A stretch of 64,000 nucleotides of DNA. Source: Acidobacteriota bacterium (GTDB taxonomy: Bacteria; Acidobacteriota; Vicinamibacteria; Vicinamibacterales; CAVVIG01). The stretch covers positions 4,798 through 68,797 of the forward strand of contig JACPZW010000073.1 of the NCBI GenBank assembly GCA_016195265.1. Reading direction: 5' to 3'. Numbering within the stretch: the first letter of the stretch is position 1; each line of letters starts with the position of its first letter. The notes beneath the pieces were generated by a model, which saw only the letters and a list, made by a program, of their open reading frames with translations, was not told the origin of the DNA and made no database searches. The position numbers and the translations under genes were made by a program. Shown here in pieces: positions 35,902 through 43,942 of the stretch.

Positions 35902-36448
35902 TCGTCTTGGTGGCTGGTGGCTGGGGACTGGGGACTGGGGACTGGTGGCTGGCGGCTCGAGCCGCGAAGATGGCGTCGCACACTTCACGGACGGCGCCGC
36001 GGCCGCCGGGCGCGGTCGTCCGGTACGCGGCCGCGCCAAGGACGTCGTGATGTGCATCCTGGACAACGATCGGCAGGCCGACGGCTTCGAGACACGAAAG
36101 ATCGTTGATGTCGTTGCCGACGAACGCCACGTCGTCGAGCGTCACGCCGTACTCCGCCGCCAGCGCGCGGACGGCGCTCAGCTTGTCGTCGCAGCCCTGC
36201 ACGCACCGCATGGCGAGCTTGCGGCTGCGGACCGAGACGACCGGATTGGTTTCCGTGGAGACGATCACGGCGTCCACGCCGGCCTGTTTCAGTTTCGCGA
36301 TCCCGAGGCCGTCGCTCCGCCAGCACCGCACGCTTTCGACGCCGTCCTGCGAGACGTACACGGTGTTGTCGGTGAACACGCCGTCGAAGTCGAACACGAC
36401 AAGCCGGACGCGGCCGAGCCTCGCATCGAGATCGCGGACGGCCGTCAT
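35894..36448 (-). CDS. HAD-IIIA phosphatase, KdsC / NulO-9-phosphate phosphatase type
   Basis: RLVVFDFDGVFTDN...GNDINDL. C-terminal SHQSPVPSPQPPATKTID is read from the heptamer repeat. ATGA overlap at 36445-36448. Confidence 0.8.
   Translation of the reverse strand: MTAVRDLDARLGRVRLVVFDFDGVFTDNTVYVSQDGVESVRCWRSDGLGIAKLKQAGVDAVIVSTETNPVVSVRSRKLAMRCVQGCDDKLSAVRALAAEYGVTLDDVAFVGNDINDLSCLEAVGLPIVVQDAHHDVLGAAAYRTTAPGGRGAVREVCDAIFAARAASHQSPVPSPQPPATKTID
35908..35956. repeat. Compound heptanucleotide microsatellite (TGGTGGC)2(TGGGGAC)3(TGGTGGC)(TGGCGGC)
   Basis: Seven contiguous 7-nt units in the last codons of 35894-36448 and directly upstream of the SDR start. Confidence 0.9.
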
Positions 36449-37494
36449 TGGAGATCCTCGAACGCAATCGCATCATCCTCGGCAAGATCGCGCCGCAGGG
36501 CGCGCCCGAGCACCGACGGCAGCTCGTAGGGCGGCAGGCCGCCACTGGGCGATTTGATCGCGACGTCGGGGGCCGCCAGCACGTGGCCGGCCTTCAGGCC
36601 GCGCGCAGCGACGAGCTTCTTGCCCATCTTGAACAGCGGCTTTTTCTCGACGGCCAGCGGCGTCTTGACGCCGGTGCCGAGCGCCGCGCGCACCCTGCGC
36701 AGATCGCGCACGAGCTTGCGCATGCCGACGGGCTCGAGCGAATACGCGTGGTCGGTGCCCTTCGACGCGCGGTTCAGCGTGAAGTGCTTCTCGATCACGC
36801 GCGCGCCGAGGATGTACGCCGCATCGGCCAGGGCGATGCCGTTCTGGTGATCCGACAATCCAATCACGGCGTCCGGAAATCGATCGCGGTACGTCGTGAT
36901 GACGCGAAGATTCATGTCCTCCGGTTCGGCCGGGTAACTCGCCGTACACTGCAGCAGACACAGCCGCGGATTGAGGGCCCGCACCGCGTCGTGCGCCCGC
37001 TGGACGTCAACGATCGAGCCGCCACCGGTACTGATGATCACGGGCCTGCCGATTCGCGCCACGTGCGTCAGCAGCGGCACGTTATTGAGATCGCCCGACG
37101 CGATCTTGTAGGCGGGCACGTCGAGCTTCGCGAGGAAGTCGGCGCTCTCGAGGTCGAACGCCGTCGCGAAGAACGTGATCCCGATCTCGGCCGCGTAGCG
37201 TTTCAGCTCGACGTAGTGATCCCAGCCGAACTCGAGCGCCTCGCGATGCTGGCCGTACGTCGCGCCGAAGCTGTTCTCGTTGTCGTACGGCGACTCGTAC
37301 ATGGCCCGCGTGTAGAGCGTGCGGTTGCTGCGCTTCTGCAGCTTCACGGCGTCGACGCCGCAGTCCTTCGCCACGCGGAACATTTCCTTGGCCCTGTCGA
37401 CGCTGCCCTGATGGTTGTGGCCGATCTCCGCGATGACGTAGCAGTCGCCGTCGTCGTGAATACGGGTCGAGCCGATGGTGAGATCGCGGGACAT
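36445..37494 (-). CDS. neuB: N-acylneuraminate / KDN (9-phosphate) synthase, NeuB family with C-terminal SAF domain
   Basis: CYVIAEIGHNHQGSVDRAKEM...DAVKLQKR...YESPYDNENSFGATYGQHREALEF (resembles the phosphate-utilising NANS type)...ISTGG...LSDH...EKHFTL. Confidence 0.85.
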   Translation of the reverse strand: MSRDLTIGSTRIHDDGDCYVIAEIGHNHQGSVDRAKEMFRVAKDCGVDAVKLQKRSNRTLYTRAMYESPYDNENSFGATYGQHREALEFGWDHYVELKRYAAEIGITFFATAFDLESADFLAKLDVPAYKIASGDLNNVPLLTHVARIGRPVIISTGGGSIVDVQRAHDAVRALNPRLCLLQCTASYPAEPEDMNLRVITTYRDRFPDAVIGLSDHQNGIALADAAYILGARVIEKHFTLNRASKGTDHAYSLEPVGMRKLVRDLRRVRAALGTGVKTPLAVEKKPLFKMGKKLVAARGLKAGHVLAAPDVAIKSPSGGLPPYELPSVLGRALRRDLAEDDAIAFEDLQ

Positions 37495-37495
37495 G

Positions 37496-38581
37496 TCAGA
37501 GGGCGCCGGGTGCGTGGTGCTGGGTGCCGGGTGCGGTGCTGCCAGGTGCCGAGGTGCCGGGTGCGTGGTGCTGGGTGCCGGGTGCGGTGCCGGGTGCCGA
37601 CGTGCCGGGTGCCGTGCTGGGTGCCGGGTGCGGGGTGCGCCGCACGGGGTTGTCCGGTGAGCTCAGAAGCTCTGCGGGAATCGCCTGCGCCAGGTGGTAC
37701 GGCAGGCCGACGTGCACGAGCGGGTCAAGGAGCGAGATGAAGCGTCCGCCCGCCAGGTTCACCCAGTCGCGCCGGTTCAGCAGGAGACGCCGGGCGTCCG
37801 GCGAGGCGCCGACAAAGAGCACGCGCGCGACGTAATGGACGAGGCGCGCGCGAAGGCGCGTCCCCACCGTGCGCGTCGACGCGAGAAACGCGAACTTGCG
37901 ACGGTAGATCTCGAAGTTGTCGATGCCGCCCGTCTCGCGGGCGACCTTGGCATCGATGTCGGCCCGCCCGCGCTCCGCCCACTCGCGATGGTGCAACACC
38001 GCCACGTCCCGTGTCATGACGACGCGGTACCCCGCGCACAGGATCGACGCGGTCAGATCCGGATCGATCATGTACGAGCGATAGTTTTCGTTGAAGAAAC
38101 CGACACTCTCCGCGAGGCCCGTGCGCAGGACACCGTGATTGCAGTTCAAGATGCCGTACTCGGAAATGCCGCCGCGGTACGCTTCGAACCGGCCCGGCCC
38201 TTTGGTGTCCTTCATCTTCAGGCCGACCATGCCGAAGGTCGGATTCGTTTCGAGAATTCCGACGGCCATGTCGAGACTGCCGGGCACGATCTCCGTGTCG
38301 TCACTCAGCCAGCAGGTGTAGCGGCTCTGCACGTGGCGCCAGACGCGGTTGTAGCAGCGCGCGGTGCCGAGCAGTTCGCCCTGGAGCACAGGCGTGATCC
38401 GCGCGTCATTCTGCAGGTACGCGACCGTGCCGTCCGTCGATCCGCCGTCGATGACGATCAGCTCGTGCGGCGTCCGCGTGCCGCGCTCGATCGCGTCGAC
38501 AACGGTCCGGAGCAGCTCGAGACGGTTGTACGTCGCGAGCAGAATGACCAGATGGTCGCTGCGCTGATTGATCTTGTTCAC
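37496..38581 (-). CDS. Family 2 glycosyltransferase with microsatellite-encoded low-complexity C-terminal tail
   Basis: LVILLATYNRLELLRTVVDAI...LIVIDGGSTDGT...WLSDDTEI. Tentative GTG start 38581. Tail HPAPSTAPGTSAPGTAPGTQHHAPGTSAPGSTAPGTQHHAPGAL. Confidence 0.75.
   Translation of the reverse strand: MNKINQRSDHLVILLATYNRLELLRTVVDAIERGTRTPHELIVIDGGSTDGTVAYLQNDARITPVLQGELLGTARCYNRVWRHVQSRYTCWLSDDTEIVPGSLDMAVGILETNPTFGMVGLKMKDTKGPGRFEAYRGGISEYGILNCNHGVLRTGLAESVGFFNENYRSYMIDPDLTASILCAGYRVVMTRDVAVLHHREWAERGRADIDAKVARETGGIDNFEIYRRKFAFLASTRTVGTRLRARLVHYVARVLFVGASPDARRLLLNRRDWVNLAGGRFISLLDPLVHVGLPYHLAQAIPAELLSSPDNPVRRTPHPAPSTAPGTSAPGTAPGTQHHAPGTSAPGSTAPGTQHHAPGAL
37503..37640. repeat. Complex GGTGCCG/GGTGCGT-type heptamer microsatellite with a ~50-bp higher-order duplication
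   Basis: GCCGGGTGCGTGGTGCTGGGTGCCGGGTGCGGTGC occurs at 37505 and 37555. About 19 units of 7 nt. Entirely inside the 3' end of 37496-38581. Confidence 0.85.
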
Positions 38582-38588
38582 TGAATCT

Positions 38589-38778
38589 GTAGGCCGGGTC
38601 CTTGTGGACCCGGCTGACTCCGGCGGGTCCAAAAGGATCCGCCCTACATCGTCAGCTTTGTCCGGCGGGTCCAAAAGGACCCGCCCTACATCGTCAGCTT
38701 GTCCGGCGGGTCCGAAAGGACCCGCCCTACTCGCTACTCGCCAGATCTGTCCGGCGGGTCCACAAGGACCCGCCCTAC
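38589..38778. repeat. Array of five REP-type hairpins filling an entire intergenic spacer
   Basis: One GTAGGCCGGGTCCttgtGGACCCGGC followed by four direct copies of (T)GTCCGGCGGGTCC-N4-GGA(C/T)CCGCCCTAC at ~41-48-bp spacing. Confidence 0.85.
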
Positions 38779-38779
38779 T

Positions 38780-40144
38780 TCAGGAAGCCCAGAGCGCCGC
38801 GAGCCGTGCTGCGTTCGCCGTGTCGTCAACGCTGCGGCCAACGGCAACGTAATTGACGCCGGGCTGACCGCTCAGCTTCGACGCAAGCAGCCGCCAGCAA
38901 TCGACGACGGTCATGGTCCGGCCGCTCTGCACGAAGTCGTTCGCCTCGAGCGCGCCGTAGACGGGATCGGGCGTCGTGATCACCACGACGGACGCCTGGC
39001 GGAGGCAGTCCGCGAGCGAATCGAGGACGAGGCCGTGATCCTTCAGTTCCAGCGACGCCAGCGACGCCGCGAGCGGATCGTGCGCGACAACTCTTGCGCC
39101 GTGGCGCGACAGCGCCTTCACCAGCGCAACGCCTTGCGACTCTTCAATCACGTGCGAGAACGGCTTGTACGCGAGCCCGAGCACGGCGACCGTCGTCCCG
39201 TGCGCGATCGACACGTGCAGGCGATCGAGGATCGTGCCGGCGAGCGCCTGGTTCGATCGATCGGTCGTCTCGGCCAGCTCCGCGCGCGTTCCGAGCACGC
39301 GCGCCAGGTAGCCGAGCGCAACGTTGTCGCGGGGAAAGCAGGGGCCGCCATATCCCAGGGCGCCGGTGAGGTACTTGCGGCCAATCCGCGCGTCGAACCC
39401 GAGCGCGTCGCTGACGACGTCCACGTCGCCGCCGGGAATCCGCTCGCACAAGTCGGCGAGCATGTTCGCGTAGGCGATCTTCGTCGTTACGAACGTGTTG
39501 ACGGCGATCTTGGTCAGCTCGGCGTTCTCGAGGCTCATGCGCCGGCACGACGGCTGCTTCGGCATGATCGCCGCGTAGGCCTCGGCGAGCGTGCGCCCCG
39601 ACCGGTCGTCGAATTCGCCGACGAGGGTGAAGTCCGGATGCAGGAAGTCCCGGATGACGCTGCCGAGCGCGATGAACTCCGGGCTGTAGCACAGGCCGAA
39701 GTCCACGCCGCACTTCTTTCCCGACCGCTGTTCGAGCACCGGCAGCAAACCGTGCCGCGTCGAGCCGGGCAACACCGTGCTGGTCAGCACGACGAGGTGA
39801 TAGCCCGTCTTCTGCGCGAGGGCGTCGCCGATTTCCCCGAACGCCCACGCCGCGTACTGCAGCGAGAACCGGCCCGACTCGTCGCTCGGCGTGGGCACGA
39901 TGACGAACGTCACGTCCGATCCAAGGATTGCCTCGCGATGGCTCGTCGTCGCGCGCAGCCGATCGCGATGGGCGGCGATGAGATCGCCGAGGCCGGTTTC
40001 CTGGACGGGCGCGCGGCCCGCGTTGACCGCGTCCACGGCGTGGGCGTTCACGTCGACGCCGATGACATTGAAGCCGCGGCTCGCGATCGCCGCCGCCATG
40101 CTGGCGCCGAGCTTGCCGAGTCCGACGATGGAATAGATCATCAT
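38780..40144 (-). CDS. Nucleotide-sugar 6-dehydrogenase (UDP-glucose/GDP-mannose dehydrogenase family)
   Basis: MMIYSIVGLGKLGASMAAAIASRG...NAELTKIAVNTF...GGPCFPRD...LGLAYKP. Confidence 0.85.
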   Translation of the reverse strand: MMIYSIVGLGKLGASMAAAIASRGFNVIGVDVNAHAVDAVNAGRAPVQETGLGDLIAAHRDRLRATTSHREAILGSDVTFVIVPTPSDESGRFSLQYAAWAFGEIGDALAQKTGYHLVVLTSTVLPGSTRHGLLPVLEQRSGKKCGVDFGLCYSPEFIALGSVIRDFLHPDFTLVGEFDDRSGRTLAEAYAAIMPKQPSCRRMSLENAELTKIAVNTFVTTKIAYANMLADLCERIPGGDVDVVSDALGFDARIGRKYLTGALGYGGPCFPRDNVALGYLARVLGTRAELAETTDRSNQALAGTILDRLHVSIAHGTTVAVLGLAYKPFSHVIEESQGVALVKALSRHGARVVAHDPLAASLASLELKDHGLVLDSLADCLRQASVVVITTPDPVYGALEANDFVQSGRTMTVVDCWRLLASKLSGQPGVNYVAVGRSVDDTANAARLAALWAS

Positions 40145-40163
40145 CGCGAGGGGTGGAGGTCGC

Positions 40164-41192
40164 TCACCGCGTAGGGGCGGCGCTCGCTCCGCCCGCGGGC
40201 CGACCGAGGTCGGCCCCGACGGCAAGTTGCTGCCGGACCTGCGCTTCGATCCACAGGTAGGTGCGCTTCAATCCTTCTTCGAGGGTGATGCGCGGCTCCC
40301 AGCCGAGCACCTGGCGGAGCTTCGTGTTGTCCGAGTTGCGTCCGCGCACGCCCTGCGGTCCCGGCACGTGGCGCTTCCCGAGCGTCAGGCCCGCGGCCGC
40401 CGACACGAGGTCCGCGAGCTGGTTGATCGTCACCAGGCGATCCTGTCCGAGGTTCAACGGATCGTGATGATTCGACGCCATCAGCCTCGTCAGGCCGTCG
40501 AGGCAGTCGTCGATGTAGCAGAACGATCGCGTCTGCTCACCGTCGCCCCAGATCTCGATGTCCTTCTGTCCGGTCAGCTTCGCGATCGCGACCTTGCGGC
40601 ACATCGCGGCCGGCGCCTTCTCGCGGCCGCCGTCCCATGTGCCGAGCGGACCGAAGATGTTGTGGAAGCGCACGACACGCGTCTCGATCCCGTAGTCCTC
40701 GCGGTAGTGCATGCACAGCCGTTCGGTGATCAGCTTTTCCCAGCCGTAGGCGTCCTGCGGCTGCGCCGGATACGCATCGTCTTCCTTGAGCGGCGTGACG
40801 GCGGCGTCGGTCTGCTTGAACTCGGGATACACGCACGCGGACGAAGTGTAGAGATAGCGCGTCACGCCGTTACGCTTCGCGCCTTCGAGCGTGTTGAGGT
40901 TGATCAGCGCGTTGTTGTGCAGGATCGTCGCATGGTGCGCCGAGATGTAGCCCATTCCGCCCATGTCGGCGGCGAGCGCGTAGACATGATCCACGCCGCG
41001 CGTCGCCGCGACCGCGTTGGCCGGCTCGCGCAGGTCCTTCATGAGGAAGTCGTCGGCGTCGGTCGGCGCGTATTCGGGGCGCTTCACATCGACGCCGCGC
41101 ACCCAATGGCCTTGCGTCTTCAGGTGCGTCACCAGGTGATGGCCGATGAAACCGCCGGCACCAGTGACCAGAATCTTCTTCGCGTCGCTCAT
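40164..41192 (-). CDS. NAD-dependent epimerase (GDP-mannose 3,5-epimerase-like extended SDR)
   Basis: KILVTGAGGFIGHHL...SSACVYP...YGWEKLITERLC...GDGEQTRSFCYIDD. ATGA overlap at 41189-41192. Confidence 0.75.
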   Translation of the reverse strand: MSDAKKILVTGAGGFIGHHLVTHLKTQGHWVRGVDVKRPEYAPTDADDFLMKDLREPANAVAATRGVDHVYALAADMGGMGYISAHHATILHNNALINLNTLEGAKRNGVTRYLYTSSACVYPEFKQTDAAVTPLKEDDAYPAQPQDAYGWEKLITERLCMHYREDYGIETRVVRFHNIFGPLGTWDGGREKAPAAMCRKVAIAKLTGQKDIEIWGDGEQTRSFCYIDDCLDGLTRLMASNHHDPLNLGQDRLVTINQLADLVSAAAGLTLGKRHVPGPQGVRGRNSDNTKLRQVLGWEPRITLEEGLKRTYLWIEAQVRQQLAVGADLGRPAGGASAAPTR

Positions 41193-42862
41193 ACGGGACT
41201 CTCCGCGGTGATTTCTTCCAGGTTGGGCCGGGCCGCGATCGGCATGCGCCATCCAGTACCGAAGGCACGGTCGGTGACCTTCAGTCCGGGCGCGGCCTGC
41301 TTGCGTTTGAATTCGGCGAGGCGGACGAGGCGCAGCACGCGACGCACCATCGCCGCGTCGAAACCGGCCGCGACGATCTCGCTCGCCGGCTGGTGCTGCT
41401 CGATGTGCCGCTGCAGGACGTCGTCGAGCACGTCGTAAGGCGGCAGCGAATCCTGATCGGTCTGATTCGGCCGCAGCTCCGCGGACGGCGCCTTGGTGAG
41501 CGTCGGCTCGGGGATGATCGCGCGGCCCTTCGACCCGTTCAGCCACCGCGACACGCGATAGACCATCGTCTTCGGCACGTCCGCGATCACGGCGAGGCCG
41601 CCGGACATGTCGCCGTACAGGGTGCAGTACCCGACGGAGATTTCCGACTTGTTGCCCGTGGTCAGCAGCAGCGCGCCGCGCTTGTTCGACAGCGCCATCA
41701 GCAGATTGCCGCGCACGCGGGCCTGGATGTTTTCTTCCGTGACGTCGCGGGCGCCGTCCTTGAACGCGGGCGCCAGCGTCCGTTCCATCACGCGCATTGC
41801 CGGCTCGATCGGCAGCGTGATCGTCTCGATCCCGAGATTCCGCGCGACCGCGAGGGCATCGTCGATGCTGCCCTGGCTCGAGTAGGGCGACGGCATCAGC
41901 ACGCCCAGCACGCGTCCGGCGCCGAGGGCGTCGACGGCGATCGCGGCCGTCAGCGCGGAATCGACGCCGCCCGACAGCCCGAGCACGGCGCTCGTGAAGC
42001 CGCACTTGCGCGCGTAGTCGCGCGTGCCCAGCACGAGCGCGCGCCAGATCTCCGACTCCGGCACGATGTCGGATGGCGCCGCGATTGCGGCGCCGCGGTC
42101 GAGATCGCAGACGACGACGTCGGCGTCGAACGAGCGGCCGCGGGCGATCGGCGCGCCGTCGGCGTTGAAGCCGCAGCTCCGGCCGTCGAAGACGAGGTCA
42201 TCGTTCCCGCCGTACTGGTTCGCGTAGACGACCGGCACGCGATGGCGCCGCGCCATGCTGCTCAGCATCTCCTCGCGCCGCGCGTGCTTGCCGACCGAGA
42301 ACGGCGACGCCGAGAGATTGACGATGGCCTGCGCGCCGGCGCGGACGAGCTCCTCGATCGGATCGTGGTGATAGCGGCGGCGCTTCCAGAAGTCGCGATC
42401 GTTCCAGACGTCCTCGCAGATGCTGACGCCGATGCGGCGTCCGGCGATCTCGAGGATCTGCGGGCCGCGATACGGCTCGAAGTAGCGGTCCTCGTCGAAG
42501 ACGTCGTAGGTCGGCAGCAGCGCCTTGCGGAACCGCTGATCCGCGTGGCCGTCGCGCAGCAGCACCGCCGAATTGAAGAGCGGCCGGCCCTCGTCGGACG
42601 GATTCGGCTCGGGCAGGCCTGCGAGCACGGGCGGCTGACCGGCGACGTCGCGCGCGAGCCGATCGAGCGCGTCCCAGCTGCGCCGGACGAAGCCCGCGCT
42701 GAGCAGCAGATCGCGCGGCAGATACCCGACGAGCGCGAGCTCCGGCGTCACGGCGAGGTCCGCGCCCTGCCGGCCGGCCTCCGCCGCGGCGTCCGCGATG
42801 AGCCGCGCATTGCCGGCAAGGTCGCCGACGATGGGATTGATTTGCAGCAGGGCGATCTTCAT
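41189..42862 (-). CDS. nadE: Glutamine-dependent NAD+ synthetase-family amidotransferase (CN-hydrolase + ATP-pyrophosphatase domains)
   Basis: MKIALLQINPIVGDLAGNA...VTPELALVGY...ICEDVW (nitrilase-type), then LGLSGGVDSALTA (PP-loop SGGxDS). 557 aa. Confidence 0.8.
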   Translation of the reverse strand: MKIALLQINPIVGDLAGNARLIADAAAEAGRQGADLAVTPELALVGYLPRDLLLSAGFVRRSWDALDRLARDVAGQPPVLAGLPEPNPSDEGRPLFNSAVLLRDGHADQRFRKALLPTYDVFDEDRYFEPYRGPQILEIAGRRIGVSICEDVWNDRDFWKRRRYHHDPIEELVRAGAQAIVNLSASPFSVGKHARREEMLSSMARRHRVPVVYANQYGGNDDLVFDGRSCGFNADGAPIARGRSFDADVVVCDLDRGAAIAAPSDIVPESEIWRALVLGTRDYARKCGFTSAVLGLSGGVDSALTAAIAVDALGAGRVLGVLMPSPYSSQGSIDDALAVARNLGIETITLPIEPAMRVMERTLAPAFKDGARDVTEENIQARVRGNLLMALSNKRGALLLTTGNKSEISVGYCTLYGDMSGGLAVIADVPKTMVYRVSRWLNGSKGRAIIPEPTLTKAPSAELRPNQTDQDSLPPYDVLDDVLQRHIEQHQPASEIVAAGFDAAMVRRVLRLVRLAEFKRKQAAPGLKVTDRAFGTGWRMPIAARPNLEEITAESPV

Positions 42863-42874
42863 GACGGACTCAGA

Positions 42875-43942
42875 TCAGTGAACGCGCTCGAACGGCTGCG
42901 ACGGCGCCCGCGCGGCGCGCGCGCCGGGCAATCCGCCAAGAACGATGTCGAGCTGGCGCTCGTAGCGCCCGGGCTGGCCGTGCACCGAGCCGATGTGAAA
43001 CGCGAACGGCCGGCCCTGCCACATGAACTCTTCCCAGCCGAGCGCGCCGACATCCGGCGCGCCCGTCTGCGCGAACCCGATCGTCGAGCAGTAGCCCGGT
43101 TGTTTCGGTACTGGCGACCACGCGCCGGGCGTCATGTCGTGAATCAGGCGCTTGAGACTGCCCGGCGGAATCGTGTCGTTCACGTCCCAGACCGGCAGCG
43201 CGCACTCGAACTTCACGCGGTCGCCGCGGCCGAATTGCTCCTTGATTCGCCACCCGTTGGTCTTCCATTGCTCCGTCAGAAGCGCGCGAAACAGGTGGCC
43301 GGCCTTCGGAATGCGCGTCAGCGCGCGACGCAGGCGGTACGCGACGCTGCCCGGCAGGCGCCAGACGTCGGGCACGAAACACAGGTCCTTCGGCGACACA
43401 CGGGCGAGGTCGACGAACATGCACACCATGTACGGGAAGTAGCGGTACGAGTTGTGGCGCCGCGGATTGATCGGCGTGCCGAAGAATCCCAGCCGATGCT
43501 CGTCCATGTACTGCGGCACGCGCCGAATCCAGTCCGGCATGACGATGAAGCAGTCGGGATCCTGAATCAGGACGAACCGCGTGCGGACGCGCGAGAGCAG
43601 CTCGCTGATGCCCAGCGCGTGCTCGTAACCCATGTCCACGTCGCGGCCCTGCGGACGGACGACGGTGAACCGGGGATCGGTCAGATCGATCGTCTCTCGC
43701 AGCTCCACGTTGTTGTCGAACAGCAGCCAGCGCGGACGGTCGACGCCGGGATTGAGCCGCCGCATCAGCAGGTCGTTGCGGTCGAGGCACGCTTTCGCGC
43801 GGAACGCGACGCTGCAGATCGTCAGTCCGCCGGCGGCCGGATCGACGCGCCCGGGCAGTTGGGCGCGGATCTGTTCCCACCGGGCTGTCGCCTGCCGGTG
43901 CCGGGCGTGCTGCCTTCTCAGTTGCTCGACAGCGCGCCACAT
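42875..43942 (-). CDS. Hypothetical protein, possible GT-A-like glycosyltransferase
   Basis: 355-aa ORF with non-shadow composition. LTICSVAFRAKACLDRN near the N-terminus and FVLIQDPDCFIV (DxD-like). No family recognised. Confidence 0.5.
   Translation of the reverse strand: MWRAVEQLRRQHARHRQATARWEQIRAQLPGRVDPAAGGLTICSVAFRAKACLDRNDLLMRRLNPGVDRPRWLLFDNNVELRETIDLTDPRFTVVRPQGRDVDMGYEHALGISELLSRVRTRFVLIQDPDCFIVMPDWIRRVPQYMDEHRLGFFGTPINPRRHNSYRYFPYMVCMFVDLARVSPKDLCFVPDVWRLPGSVAYRLRRALTRIPKAGHLFRALLTEQWKTNGWRIKEQFGRGDRVKFECALPVWDVNDTIPPGSLKRLIHDMTPGAWSPVPKQPGYCSTIGFAQTGAPDVGALGWEEFMWQGRPFAFHIGSVHGQPGRYERQLDIVLGGLPGARAARAPSQPFERVH

Noticed and set aside
38589-38778. Regularly spaced repeats that superficially resemble a small CRISPR array.
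   Set aside because: The repeats are palindromic REP hairpins with tetraloops. The 'spacers' are only ~15-20 nt and nearly identical to each other (ATCGTCAGCTT(T)GTCC). The same unit is scattered singly across the window, and there are no cas genes.
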